Origin: Candidatus Sulfomarinibacteraceae bacterium
GTDB taxonomy: Bacteria; Acidobacteriota; Thermoanaerobaculia; Thermoanaerobaculales; Sulfomarinibacteraceae
Assembly: GCA_963796455.1 (NCBI GenBank)
Contig: CAWCLO010000010.1
Span: forward strand, 731,369 to 795,368
Reading direction: 5' to 3'
DNA: 64,000 bases
Shown here: positions 40,045 to 51,018 of the stretch, piece after piece
How the letters are laid out: every line of letters begins with the position of its first letter
Position numbering within the stretch: position 1 is the stretch's first letter
Notes under the pieces: model-generated
What the model saw: the letters and a program-made list of their open reading frames with translations, nothing else
Database searches by the model: none
What the model was told of the DNA's origin: nothing
Position numbers and translations under genes: made by a program

Positions 40045-40767
40045 ATGAAACGACCGATCATTCTCGCGTTCGCAGTGACGGTGAGCCTGACTTTTGGCGC
40101 GACAGGTGTTTCTGCCCAGCAGCACATCCAGGCCCCTCAGCCGACTGTTCCGGAAATCTATACGCTCGAAGGAGAGTTCACCCGCATCGCCTACAACAAC
40201 GAGGGGTGGGTGACTCTCGGCTACCGCACGGCGAACAGCTTTCAGGGCAAGGACTGGATGCTGCTTGAGACCGGTGTGACGGTGCGGGACAAACATGCCA
40301 GTCAGGATCTGACCCGCGACAGCTTCAAGCTCAAGCTGCCCGATGGTTCGCTGGTGCCGCTCGCCACCCAGACCGAGTTCCAGGAAGCCGGTTATCTGCG
40401 GGAGATGAACCGCAACGCCGACAACTCGAAGGACTCGATCAACTACTTCCCGTCCAAGGCTAACCAGGCTTTCAAGATCCCCCTCTTCTCCTTGCCCGGG
40501 CAGCAAATCATGGCGATCGACAAGTTCGAGGTCAACTGGACCCGCGCCGGTCTCGGCCGGATCTTCTTCAACCTCCCCGAGGGCACCACCGTCCAACCCG
40601 GCCAGTACTGGTTGGTGGTGACCTTCAAGGGCGGCCCGGTGGAGGTGCCCTTCCGGATCCTGACCGAGGACGAGGAGAAGTTCCTCAGCAAAAACTGGAA
40701 AGACATCAAGAAGCAGTACGAGGATCATTTGAAGCAGGAGGCCGAGAAAGCCAAGCAGAAGCAGTGA
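40045..40767 (+). CDS. Secreted hypothetical protein
   Basis: RBS GGAGG, signal peptide (VSA-Q), typical codon usage. Confidence 0.8.
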   Translation: MKRPIILAFAVTVSLTFGATGVSAQQHIQAPQPTVPEIYTLEGEFTRIAYNNEGWVTLGYRTANSFQGKDWMLLETGVTVRDKHASQDLTRDSFKLKLPDGSLVPLATQTEFQEAGYLREMNRNADNSKDSINYFPSKANQAFKIPLFSLPGQQIMAIDKFEVNWTRAGLGRIFFNLPEGTTVQPGQYWLVVTFKGGPVEVPFRILTEDEEKFLSKNWKDIKKQYEDHLKQEAEKAKQKQ

Positions 40768-40829
40768 GCGCGTAGCTGTTCTCTCTGGACAAGAGAAGAC
40801 ACCGGGTCCGGCCTCGTGCCGGGCCCCTT

Positions 40830-43800
40830 CTATTCTTGCGAGTTCGTTGCGGGAGTGCTGGCGCCGTGGCCGATCTTCTCGAGCGCCTTTTGGCAGACAT
40901 CTTTCCCTGCAGTGACGCGGTCCCACATTCCCTTGGCCAAAAGCGAGATCCCCATGGTGGCCACCGCGACTCCTGTCGAGGCCACCGCCTGTATGGGTTT
41001 GAGTTCGATCGCCGGTTTGGCGAGAGTGCCGCCGAGCTTGATATAGGGGTTGGTGATCATACTGGCTGAGATGCCGATGCCCTTGCGTGGTTTGGTCACC
41101 CACGCGAGATCCAGCTCCTCGGTGCCGAGGTCGACCCTGCCGTCGCCGAGCATGGTCATCTTGTCGCTCTGCAGGGCCATCGGGTCCAAGGTCACCAGGC
41201 CCTGGTCGAATCGGAGGAGAATGACCGCGCACTCGAGTTCGGTCGCGGCTTCCTCCTTGGAAAAGGGATTGAAGGCCTTGAGCAGGGTGAGCAGGATGTC
41301 AGCCGAGATAATGTCGAAGACCCGGTTGTCCATCACTCCCGCCCCGGCGATGATCTGAATCGACCCGTTGCTGGAACCGGCGAATTCGTGCGCGGTCGAG
41401 CCCTGCGCCTGCAAGCGGATGTCGATATCGATGGGTGGCTTGTCGCCGGCGGAAACCTCCTCCAGATCCGGCGGATTGAGACGAATTCCGTTGATATCCA
41501 GAGCGAGGTCGGTGCGGTAGGCGCCGCCGTTCGGTTCCAGGACAAATGAACCGGATCCGTTCCCGCCGCGCGAACCCTTCATTGCGAGGCGGTGGATATC
41601 GAGCCGGCCTTCGACCAGGTTCGCATTCAACTCGACATCGCGAAAGCGTTCGACCGGCATCTGGAGTGTGGCGATCGAGATTTGGACATCGGCGTTCGCC
41701 CGGTGCAGCCAAGCAAAATCGATGGGTCTTTCGAAAACACCAATTGACCCTTCGATTTCTCAGACGCAGCAGGCTCGTCTGCTGTCGTGTCTCCTCGTCG
41801 CGGAAAACCGGGCACCAACGCCGCAAATCGAGGTGTTTGGATGAGATGCGGGCGGTGATTTCGGGTTTGCCCCGGGTATCCACTTCGAGCGAGCCCTTGA
41901 TATCGGAATCGCCGAGAGTGATCTCGAGCCCGTCGGCGATGAATTCTTCCGGAGTGGCCTCGAAGGAGCCTCCGATCTCGAAAGGCTCGTCCGGGAGTTT
42001 GTCAAAACCGGTGAGCGCCGCGATGAGAGCGGTCCCGGGCCCCGAGGCGTGGAGATCCAGATCGGTGCCGATCAGATGCGGTCTCTCGCCGAGGTTGCCG
42101 TGGAAATCGACCGCGTGCCCGGCGAGCCGAATCGCCACCCGGTCGAATACAAAGGCCGACTCGGTACGTTTGATGGTGCCGCTGATCTTGAAGGGTTCCA
42201 CCGGAACCTCGACGCCCGTCAGGGCCCTGAAGAGGGAGGCATCGGGGCCATCGCCCTCGATGGTGAGGTCGGTTCCGATGAGGCCGGGCAGGACGCCGAT
42301 GCGGCCATCGATCCTGATTTCCGCCTTGTCGAGGGTGGCCCGCAGATCATCGATCTCATACCCGGACTCGACGATATGGAGACGGGTGGTCAGCATGAAC
42401 GGTTGAGACGGCAGGTCAGGCAGCGTCGCGAGGTCTGCGAGGAGCCGGCCTGTCGATCCGAGATCGGGCGCTGATGTCTCGATGTGGATGTCGGTTCCCA
42501 CCAGATCTTTGCCGGGAATCACCGTGCCGTTGACCGTGGCGCGGGTTTGCTCGACTGTGGCGTCCACTTCGCTGAGGTGGTAGGCGCCGTCTTCTATTTT
42601 CACATTTCCGGCGATCGAGAAGGGTGCCGCCGGCAGCCCTGAGAAACTGAAATACGGACCGAGGGATGACAACAGCGGACCGTGGACCGAGAAATGGCCT
42701 TGTGTGCCTTCGAGACCAGTGGCCGTAGCGATCAAGCCATTCGCCGCCACATCGATGTCGCCTGCCGAACCGGTGGTGCTGTCGAGCCGATTCCCTCGGG
42801 CTCGACTCGCAGTCTGCCATCGACAGCTGCGGCGACATCAGGAAAGCCGGCCACCCCGAATATAGACATCGCATGCGACAGATCGAGGTCCTCGACTTTG
42901 ATCTGGAGATCGGAACCGACAAGACCACTCGCCGTCGACAGGCGACCGTCACCGTGTGTCTCGAGGCTGCCGACCGTGGCCGATACGCCATCGAGCCGGA
43001 GCGCGGAATCGAGGATGGCGAGGCCGCCGTCGACGGACCACGCTTCGGGAGGCAGGTTGTCGAGTCCTATCAGGTCTCGAAAAATGGTGGCGTCCGGCCC
43101 CTGTCCAACGATTTGCAGGGTCGATCCGGAGAGGCCGTTCGCGGTCTTCAGGGTTCCGTCGACCTGGAGTCCGATCAGACCGATCCGGGCATTGACGCCG
43201 TCGAGTGTCAGGGCCTGCTCACCCGTGCCGAGCCGGCCTTCGATAGTGAACGGTTCTGCGGGGAGCTCGAGCCCGACGAGGTGATCGAAAAGCGCGATGT
43301 TCGGTCCCTCGGCGTGGATGCTCAGGGTCGTGCCGGTATGGTCCGGGGGGTCGCCTACTCTGCCATTCGCCGAACGAGGGTCTTCGTCCGATCTTGGCCT
43401 CGAGATGATCCACCTCGAATCCTCCTTCGACCCGGACCACGCGGCCCGTGAGCGAAAAACTTTCGTGGGGCAGGTCGATTCCCACGAGGGCGCCGATAGT
43501 GGAAACATCGGGGCCATTCCCGCGAAGCTAGAAATCGGTTCCCAGCATGGTGGGCGGAGCTCCGAGAACTCCGTCAACAAAGAGATTGTCGCCGACCGTG
43601 ATCTCGATCTCTTTGAAGGTGACAGGGTAGCCCTCCCAACGGACCCCGCCCGCAACCGAGAATTCTTCGTCCGGGAGGTCCGCGACGCCGGTCAGTGCGC
43701 TCACCGTGCGGATGCTCGCTCCCGATGCTTTCACCGTGGCGTCGAGACTTGTCCATCGGGTCAACGAATCGACGACTCCGGTCATGCGGGCGGTCATGCC

Positions 43801-44696
43801 GGCGGCTCCGAGGTCGAGATCGATGCTCGAGCCCGATGCCGCCGGTCGGACCGATGCGTTGGCTTGAAAAGGACCCTCGATGACGGGATCGAGGCCAAAG
43901 ATGTTGAGGAACTGTCCAGTCTCGGAACCGCTGACCGAAGCGATGCTATCAACCCCGGTCAAGGACGACAAGTCGTCGATTGATCCTTTGAGAGAGAATT
44001 CGGTGTCGGCGAGGTGACCATTAAGGTCGTGTTCCACTGAATTGGCATTGATCAGACCGGTGAAGGTGCCGATTCTGCCGGAGATCTCCAGGGGTTTTTG
44101 TTCGAGGGTGCCACTGAGATCCAGATCGAGTATGCCGGTGCCGTCGTCCGTGAACCCGAGACGATCCAGGTGCGCCTCGAACACGGCACGGCCGGCCTGG
44201 GAGTAGATGAGCTCTGCATCCGACAGCTCAGCGTTCTCAATGACCATCTCGAACTCGCCATCACCCGGACTGGCGGTCGGCGGATGGTTTTCCGTCGCCG
44301 AGGTTCCAGTTGAAGCGATGCTCCGAATCCGCCTCGAAGAGGACCCGGGCGCCGGTGATTTCGATATTCCGAAGTGTCAGAGGACCGAAGAAAATCGACA
44401 GCAGGTCGATCTCGCCGGACAGGCGATCCACGAACCACCATGCGGGGCTCCTCGCTCCACTCCGGGTTGGCCATGGAGAGTTCGGTCGCGTGGACTCGCG
44501 TGGAAAAACCGATCTCCGGCTCGAATTCACCATCGATCCGCAGCTCCCGGCCGATCGCGTCGGATGCGATCCGTGCCACCGTGTCTCGCCACCCACTGAG
44601 GTCGGCGAAGTTGAGGTAGAGGCATAGGCTTGCCACCAGGAGCAGCGGCACTCCGAAAATGACCCCGAGAACGATGAGCCTGCGGCGTTTCTGCAA
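40830..44696 (-). CDS. AsmA family protein; several apparent frameshifts
   Basis: N-terminal TM then SDAIGRELRIDG...ANPEWS; repeated GPD...LP.EPF.I.G units; C-terminal ECAV...G.VDLGTEELDL...IKLGGTLAKP. Confidence 0.82.
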
Positions 44697-44703
44697 TTGT
44701 CCC

Positions 44704-46398
44704 TCAGGTCGTCGGGGCCGGGTTCGCGGGTTGATCGACCGCATAGTGGATCTCGGTGGGCAGCGCCAGCCGGGTGCCCGCGCGCTCGACGATTCCCATG
44801 ACCTCGACGAGGATGCCCTCGCGAATTTCGAGAAACTCGGGCCAGTCACTGGTCATCGCATAGGCGAAGACCTCGATTTCCAGGAAATGGTCTCCGAAGC
44901 CGGTGAAACGGACCCGCACCGAGTCGTCGGAGATTTGAGGGTGCCCGACGAGCAGGGCCCTGAAACCTTCAAGAACCTGTTGGAGTTGGTCACGGGTGGT
45001 TTCGTAACGCAGACACAACTCCTCGCGCAGAAGGACCTGGTCCCTTTCGGTCAGATTCTCGAGGTGGATCTTGGCGAAATCCGCGTTGGGAATGGTCACG
45101 ATGGTTCGGTCGAGAGTCCTGATCTTGACCGAACGGAGCCCCACATCCTCGACGGTTCCCCGTTGGCCCCCGAAGCGGCAAACGTCCCCCACTTTCACCG
45201 GTTGATCGGCGTAGAGGATGATGCCGCCTATGAAGTTCTCGAGGGTGCCCTGGGCCGCGAGGGCGATGGCCAGACCACCGACGCCGAGACCGGCGATGAG
45301 GCCCGCCACAGGCACCCCCAGAAGCTGGAGGGCCTTGAGCGTGATCGCCGTGACGACAATGATCGTAGCGACGCGAAAAACCACCCGAACCAGTTGTTTT
45401 TTCAGTGGGCGGGCCCGGCGAAAACCGAAGCGCACGACCAGTTCGCCGAATCGCGTGACCCCCACCGCCGCCAACCAGGCCAGGCCGATGTAGCCGATCA
45501 TCGAAAAGACGAGCTGCAGGATGAGGGCCGGGGCGCCCGGAAGCTGGAACATCCGCCTCAGAATGACACTGCTGGCGATCGGAATCATCATCAGGGCCAG
45601 CGGCGGAAGGAAGGCCCCCAGGCCGCGGCCGAACAGGAGGCTATTCTCCCAGCGGCGGCCGATCCAAGTGATCGCTGCAACCGCCAGGGTCAGCACAAGC
45701 ACCATGAATGCGAGACCGAACCACTGCCACACGAACATTCCACCGATTTTCGAACGAAACCACGACGGCATCAGCTCGGTGAGTTTGCGCAGCACGATGG
45801 CGTCGGTGCCGGAACGAAGCTCTTCGACATGGCCTCCCTGACGGCCCGGTTTGTAGGGCAGGTGCTTGGTCTTCTGGTAAAAGCTGTCAGCCTCGGCGAC
45901 GGTCCGGGTCGAAAAAAGCCACTCGCCCTGGAAGTCTCCCTCTTTTTGCAAAACGAGCGAGATCTCGGTGTGCGGGATCGTCCACTGCGAAATGGATTGT
46001 TCGGCAACCGCTGCGGCATCGGGGATCAGCTCCACGGGTGGCAACTCGATCCGATCGAGCACATCCTTGAGTAACAGCGCGGTCTCCGCCGAAACCTCCT
46101 GAAAGACCAGGGGTGGGATCGAGCTGAGATCCAGGCACCCCCTGGCGTCGAGGAAAGGCTCCTGAAACGACGGGTCTCCGGTGGAGTACAAATCCCACGC
46201 CCGATCAACCGAAACCAGAAATGTCTCGATCGTTGCCCGCGGGCTCGAGCGATCCGGCGGCTCGAGGGGGTGATCGGCTGTTTCCGGCATTGCCGTCGCG
46301 AGGGTGGAGAAAGCGGCGATGAAAACCGCCATGAGGGCGGGTATCCGGAAGCGTGGTGCATTGCGAATGATCATTCTTCTCTCCTGAATCAGGCTCAT
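44704..46398 (-). CDS. MscS-family channel with periplasmic N-terminal domain
   Basis: SSPRATIETF, LIAGLGVGGLAIALAAQGTLENF, DQPVKVGD, GLRSVKIRT, IPNADF. Confidence 0.92.
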   Translation of the reverse strand: MSLIQERRMIIRNAPRFRIPALMAVFIAAFSTLATAMPETADHPLEPPDRSSPRATIETFLVSVDRAWDLYSTGDPSFQEPFLDARGCLDLSSIPPLVFQEVSAETALLLKDVLDRIELPPVELIPDAAAVAEQSISQWTIPHTEISLVLQKEGDFQGEWLFSTRTVAEADSFYQKTKHLPYKPGRQGGHVEELRSGTDAIVLRKLTELMPSWFRSKIGGMFVWQWFGLAFMVLVLTLAVAAITWIGRRWENSLLFGRGLGAFLPPLALMMIPIASSVILRRMFQLPGAPALILQLVFSMIGYIGLAWLAAVGVTRFGELVVRFGFRRARPLKKQLVRVVFRVATIIVVTAITLKALQLLGVPVAGLIAGLGVGGLAIALAAQGTLENFIGGIILYADQPVKVGDVCRFGGQRGTVEDVGLRSVKIRTLDRTIVTIPNADFAKIHLENLTERDQVLLREELCLRYETTRDQLQQVLEGFRALLVGHPQISDDSVRVRFTGFGDHFLEIEVFAYAMTSDWPEFLEIREGILVEVMGIVERAGTRLALPTEIHYAVDQPANPAPTT

Positions 46399-46473
46399 GC
46401 TAGCAGAGGATGAGGGTGAAGCGTTTTCGGCGTTGCGCTAGAGTGAACGGGTGATCCCCGGAGCCTCGACACC

Positions 46474-48654
46474 GTGACGCCCCTTTTCATTGCTTTGGTG
46501 GCCACAGCAGCCACGTGTGTGGTTGTAGGTCTGCAACACCTCGTGACGGCGGTTCGGGTCGAGGACCGCCGACTGCAATTGTGGTTTTCAGCCGCGGCAT
46601 TTGCGGTGGCGGGCGATGCTCTGTTCGAGCGCCGGCTCTACAGCTCCCCCACCGCCGAGGAGTTTCTGGTCTGGATGCCGTGGACGGCGTTGTGCATCGC
46701 AGCTGCCATTGTCACGCTCTCGTGGTATATCGCGCTGCGTACCGGCGCCGTGCGCCGCTGGTTGTTGTGGGGCGTCACCGGGCTCGCAGTTGCCACGGTG
46801 ATATTGGATTTTGCGGTCGGGATCGCCTATCGCGGACCGGTGGCGCTCGGCGAGACGACCCTGCCATGGGGAGAAACCATCGCTTTTGTTTCCGGTGCGA
46901 CCAATCCGCTCCGCTTGATCGGTGATCTGGTATTGCTGGGTTTTCTACTGGTTCTCCTCGATGGCACGGTCCGAATGGCCAGAAATGGCGAGCCAAGGAC
47001 GGCATGGCTACTAGGTGGGAGCTTGGTGATCTATGCCCTGGCCCTGTTGGCGATCATCCCTTCCGATCTCGGCTGGTTTCGTCTTCCCTGCACCCACACT
47101 TTCGCCTTTCTTCTGATCATTGCCGCGATGAGTTGGGATCTTTCGGAGGACCTGATTCGTGCGTCTCGATTGTCCCGCGAGGTGCTCGCTAATGAAGGCC
47201 GGTGGCGGCAGTTGCTCGACAGCATTCAGCTTCTGGTGGTGGAAATCGACCAGGCGGGGCGAATCAACTTCATGAACCCCTTCGCCTCGCAGGTGTCCGG
47301 GTACCCGGCGGGCGAGATGGTTGGTCGGAGCTACCTGGAGTTCGTCAACCCGGAGGAGCATGAGGAGATCAAGTCGGCGGTGGAAGAGGGTCTGGGCGGC
47401 AATCCAGCGTCCGACAACGAACGCACGCTGATCACCCGTGACAGTCAGAAAAGGGTCATTCGCTGGCGAAGCGTCGTGCTTCGTGACGCGGACGGCGAGC
47501 CGGAAGGTCTTCTCAGTGTGGGAGCTGACGTCACAGAACGCCGGGATTCCGAGGCCCAGCTCGAGCGGGTGGCCGGTGAACTCGAACGCGCCGTTACCGA
47601 GCTCGAGGTTCTCAAGGAACGGCTCGAGGAAGAAAATGTCTACCTCAGGGAGGAAATACTCGCCGAACACGGTTTTGCAAACATCGTCGGCGGTTCTGAC
47701 CCGTTGCTCTACGTCCTCCACAAGGTGAGGCAGGTCGCACCGGGTGATACCTCGGTGTTGATCCTCGGCGAGACCGGTGTCGGCAAAGAGCTCATTGCGC
47801 GCACCATCCATGCGGAAAGCGCTCGTGCCGACGGCCCGTTTGTGGTGGTCAACTGCGCAGCCCTGCCGCCCAACCTCATTGAAAGCGAACTCTTTGGCCA
47901 CGAAAAGGGTGCGTTCACCGGCGCCGAAGCACGCCGGCGCGGTCGATTCGAGCTTGCCGCCGGGGGAACACTCTTGCTCGACGAGATCGGTGAATTGCCG
48001 CTCGAGATGCAGCCAAAACTGCTTCGAGTGCTCCAGGAAGGGGAAATGGAGCGGGTCGGTGGGACCGAGACCGTCGCCGTCGATGTCAGGGTGATTGCAG
48101 CCACCAACCGCGACCTCAACGCTGAGATGGAGGCCGGCCGTTTTCGTGAAGACCTGTTCTACCGCATCGCCGTCTACCCCATCACGGTTCCGCGGCTGAG
48201 CGACCGGCGCGAGGATATCCCTCTCCTGGTCGAGCATTTTGTTCAACACTTCGCGCAGCGCCGTGGTCGGCGGATTGACGAGATTCCAGCCGAGGTGATG
48301 CGGAGCCTTCGGGCATATGACTGGCCGGGCAACGTCCGCGAGTTGCAAAATGTGATCGAGCGTGCGGTCCTGACGACCTCAGATAGGATGCTGCGCCTGG
48401 CCGAACCATTGGAGGGCAAGACACCCGGAAAGGCAGACCCTCGCGAGATAGGTTTTGACGCTTCCGGGTTGACTCTCGATGAGGTCGAACAACGCTACAT
48501 CGTCCAGGTCCTCGAGGCCACCGATGGCCAGGTTTCGGGGACCGGTGGCGCCGCAGAAATCCTCGGACTCCACGCCAACACCCTTCGCTATCGGATGAAG
48601 AAACTGGGCATCACCGTGGCCAAGAAAACGGGCACAGTCGTCATCGAATCCTGA
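46474..48654 (+). CDS. Sigma54-dependent activator with N-terminal multi-TM sensor and PAS domain
   Basis: About 7 TM segments, [28 protein letters not shown]. Confidence 0.95.
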   Translation: MTPLFIALVATAATCVVVGLQHLVTAVRVEDRRLQLWFSAAAFAVAGDALFERRLYSSPTAEEFLVWMPWTALCIAAAIVTLSWYIALRTGAVRRWLLWGVTGLAVATVILDFAVGIAYRGPVALGETTLPWGETIAFVSGATNPLRLIGDLVLLGFLLVLLDGTVRMARNGEPRTAWLLGGSLVIYALALLAIIPSDLGWFRLPCTHTFAFLLIIAAMSWDLSEDLIRASRLSREVLANEGRWRQLLDSIQLLVVEIDQAGRINFMNPFASQVSGYPAGEMVGRSYLEFVNPEEHEEIKSAVEEGLGGNPASDNERTLITRDSQKRVIRWRSVVLRDADGEPEGLLSVGADVTERRDSEAQLERVAGELERAVTELEVLKERLEEENVYLREEILAEHGFANIVGGSDPLLYVLHKVRQVAPGDTSVLILGETGVGKELIARTIHAESARADGPFVVVNCAALPPNLIESELFGHEKGAFTGAEARRRGRFELAAGGTLLLDEIGELPLEMQPKLLRVLQEGEMERVGGTETVAVDVRVIAATNRDLNAEMEAGRFREDLFYRIAVYPITVPRLSDRREDIPLLVEHFVQHFAQRRGRRIDEIPAEVMRSLRAYDWPGNVRELQNVIERAVLTTSDRMLRLAEPLEGKTPGKADPREIGFDASGLTLDEVEQRYIVQVLEATDGQVSGTGGAAEILGLHANTLRYRMKKLGITVAKKTGTVVIES

Positions 48655-48685
48655 TCCGTAGTTTCCATTCGGTTCCCAATATTCG

Positions 48686-48701
48686 TCACCAATATTGGTG
48701 A
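48686..48701. promoter_or_regulatory. Perfect palindrome, candidate activator binding site
   Basis: TCACCAATATTGGTGA, preceded by a partial copy CCCAATATTCG. Confidence 0.55.
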
Positions 48702-48807
48702 AACTGCGGCATGTTGTGTTTTTCCGAAGCATACACGTTCGCCGATTTTCAATCTATCTCCCTTTTTACCTGTGTTTTAGGTCGATTCTTCGTGAAAGCG
48801 ATAGCCT

Positions 48808-48823
48808 TGGCATGGATCGTGAA
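48808..48823 (+). promoter_or_regulatory. Probable non-canonical sigma54 promoter
   Basis: TGGCATGGATCGTGAA = GG-N10-GA (GA instead of GC at -12), about 105 bp after the palindrome. Confidence 0.5.
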
Positions 48824-48857
48824 ATGAGCAACGCATAACCATGGAGAAAGGAAGCTG

Positions 48858-49208
48858 ATGATTGGACTCGAACTCGCAGTGACGTCGGATGACAGCCACC
48901 GCACAGAGCTCCTCCAGACCCTCGAAAACCTCTCCCGCGACCAGACTCGAACAGGCGACTGCCTCGAGTGTCGGGTTTACGAACGCATCCCACAATCGAA
49001 TGACTTCATGTGGCACCAGTGGTGGCGTTCCGAGCGGCAGCTAGAAGGACACTTTGGGTCGGTCGCCTTTCGCACCCTGCTCGGCGCGATCAAGGTACTC
49101 GGAACACTCGAATCGGCGCGGGTCGTCGAGCTCCAGGACTCCACATCAATCCTGGGAGCGTTCTTGACCGACCGGGTGCAGATCTCAGAATCATTGCCCG
49201 AAACCTGA
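48858..49208 (+). CDS. ABM-like (putative quinol monooxygenase-like) protein
   Basis: RTELLQTL...CLECRVYE...W.SERQLEGHFGS..F..LLGA. Confidence 0.7.
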   Translation: MIGLELAVTSDDSHRTELLQTLENLSRDQTRTGDCLECRVYERIPQSNDFMWHQWWRSERQLEGHFGSVAFRTLLGAIKVLGTLESARVVELQDSTSILGAFLTDRVQISESLPET

Positions 49209-49291
49209 GAGACCATCCCATGGATGGACCACCACCCAAGAAAGACTGTGGCGGAAGCCATTTGCTTCGGACAAAAAAGGAGAAACGGACG

Positions 49292-50188
49292 ATGAAACCT
49301 AAAACTACTCAAAAGCAGATTGACCGCAAGGCGTGGCCGTTGGTAGCTGGTGTCGCCGCCATGGTCGTTCTGTTCGTATTTGCTGCCGGACCGGCGTTGG
49401 CGCAGCAGGAAGAAGGAACTGATGGCAGCGACACCCCCGGTGGCCAAAGCCTCGAGTCGGCCGCCAACGACGCCACTGCCTCCATGTGGACCTTCCAGCT
49501 CTCACTGGAGGGGCGAACCTGGTTGGACGAGGATGGACCCAGCGGCCAGCCCCGGCCCGAGGGCAACCGCGACCAGTTCATGCTCCGTTTTGTGGCTCCG
49601 GTGCCGCTGGGCAAGAACCTCAAGCTCATCAACCGGTTCACCATGCGCAACAACGAGGCGGTCGACAAGTCATCCGGCGCGGGCGACGCCGAGTACTTTG
49701 CGCTCTTTATCCCCTTCGAGTGGGCCACCGGCCGTTGGGGAATCGGACCGCAAATAAACTTCCCAGCCGAGAACTCGAAGTTTGGCAGCGAGAAGTGGAG
49801 ATACGGATTTGCCTCGGCCTGGTTGGAGCGCGTCGGGGACAAAGTAATGACCGGCATCCTGGTACAGCAGGTCTGGGGCAAGACCGACCCAAACGACCCC
49901 GACCGCCAGGTGGCACAACCCGTTTCCATCCAGCCGGTCTTCAACTACTCGCTCAAGAACGGTTACTACCTCAACATCGGCGAGACCGCCTTCAGTTACA
50001 ACTGGGACGCCAATGCCTGGCTGATTCCTCTCGGAGTTCGCTTCGGTAAGGTCTTTATCAACCAAAACGGGTCGATTTGGAACCTCTATGGCGAAATCCG
50101 AAAGACCGTGTATCACGGGAGCGACTGGCCGGGAAGTGTCATGGACACCGCCGTCCGGGTCAATCTTTCGTACGCGTTTCCGATGTAG
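49292..50188 (+). CDS. Outer membrane beta-barrel transporter-like protein
   Basis: Signal peptide, WGIGPQINFPA, GSEKW, IQPVFNY, WLIPLG. Confidence 0.8.
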   Translation: MKPKTTQKQIDRKAWPLVAGVAAMVVLFVFAAGPALAQQEEGTDGSDTPGGQSLESAANDATASMWTFQLSLEGRTWLDEDGPSGQPRPEGNRDQFMLRFVAPVPLGKNLKLINRFTMRNNEAVDKSSGAGDAEYFALFIPFEWATGRWGIGPQINFPAENSKFGSEKWRYGFASAWLERVGDKVMTGILVQQVWGKTDPNDPDRQVAQPVSIQPVFNYSLKNGYYLNIGETAFSYNWDANAWLIPLGVRFGKVFINQNGSIWNLYGEIRKTVYHGSDWPGSVMDTAVRVNLSYAFPM

Positions 50189-50278
50189 GGCATCTTTCGA
50201 GAATTAGGAATTAGGAATTAGGAATGACGCAATTGGTTGTGAACTACTAACCCGAATGCCAAGGAGAGTGACATGAGG
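50147..50278 (+). repeat. Direct repeat copy 1 (gene 3' end, GAATTAG heptamers, RBS)
   Basis: Matches 50870-51018, including shared CATCTTT, GGAATTAGGAATGA and GAGTGACATGAG. Confidence 0.85.
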
Positions 50279-50866
50279 AGAGTTTTCGGAATCGCCGTTG
50301 TCGCGATATTGATCGCCCTGCCTGGCTTCGCACAGACGATCCAGATCGACTACGCCCACGATTTCGACTTCGGAGGCGTCGCGACGTTTCAGTATGTCGT
50401 GAACGAGGAGAGCGGCATCAAGGACAATGCATTGATGGCCGACCGGGTGGTCGACCTGATCAAGAAGGAACTCGGCGAGGGCGGTCTCCGGGAGGTCCAA
50501 CAAGATCCGGACCTCTACGTGACCTACCACTTCACGAGCGAGGAACAGAAGAGCCTCAGCACCACCTCGTCGGGTTTTGGAGGCTACGGCGGCTTTGGCG
50601 GCTACGGGGATGGCTGGGACGGCTGGGGCGGGTATGACGCCTTCGGCGGTCCCATGATGGGATCTTCGGTCACCCGAGAGTACTCCTACGAAGTGGGAAC
50701 CCTGATCATCGACGCCTACGATTCCAAGGAGAAGAAGCTGGTTTGGCGCGGTTGGGGTACGGTGACCGTCAAAGACAAGCCCGACAAGCAGGTCAAACAG
50801 ATCGAGAAGATCCTCAAGAAGCTCGGCAGCAAGTGGGACAAGATCCTGGCCGGCAAGGGGAAGTGA
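50273..50866 (+). CDS. DUF4136 domain protein
   Basis: IDYAHDFDF, PDLYVTYH, Gly-rich loop, YEVGTLIIDAYD...VWRG. Confidence 0.88.
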   Translation: MRRVFGIAVVAILIALPGFAQTIQIDYAHDFDFGGVATFQYVVNEESGIKDNALMADRVVDLIKKELGEGGLREVQQDPDLYVTYHFTSEEQKSLSTTSSGFGGYGGFGGYGDGWDGWGGYDAFGGPMMGSSVTREYSYEVGTLIIDAYDSKEKKLVWRGWGTVTVKDKPDKQVKQIEKILKKLGSKWDKILAGKGK

Positions 50867-50869
50867 GGC

Positions 50870-51018
50870 ACCGCGGTGCGGGTGAATCTGTCGTATGCTT
50901 TTCCGATGTAGAACATCTTTGAGTTAGGTATCAGGAATTAGGAATGATCGCGAAATTTGGAATTCGGAATTCGGTTTTTCAATTGTGAATCCGAAATTGA
51001 AAGGGGAGTGACATGAGA
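50870..51018 (+). repeat. Direct repeat copy 2, containing an orphan TAVRVNLSYAFPM* 3' end
   Basis: 42 nt at 50870-50911 encode the same 13 residues plus stop as 50147-50188, with six third-position differences. Confidence 0.9.

Noticed and set aside
39730..41232. 500-aa minus-strand ORF
   Set aside because: Off-frame and antisense to two well-supported genes
44659..46074. 471-aa plus-strand ORF
   Set aside because: Antisense shadow of MscS
50147..50911. DGR template/variable repeat pair (prompted by the Avd-like four-helix-bundle gene)
   Set aside because: Differences are synonymous and not adenine-specific; no reverse transcriptase in the window
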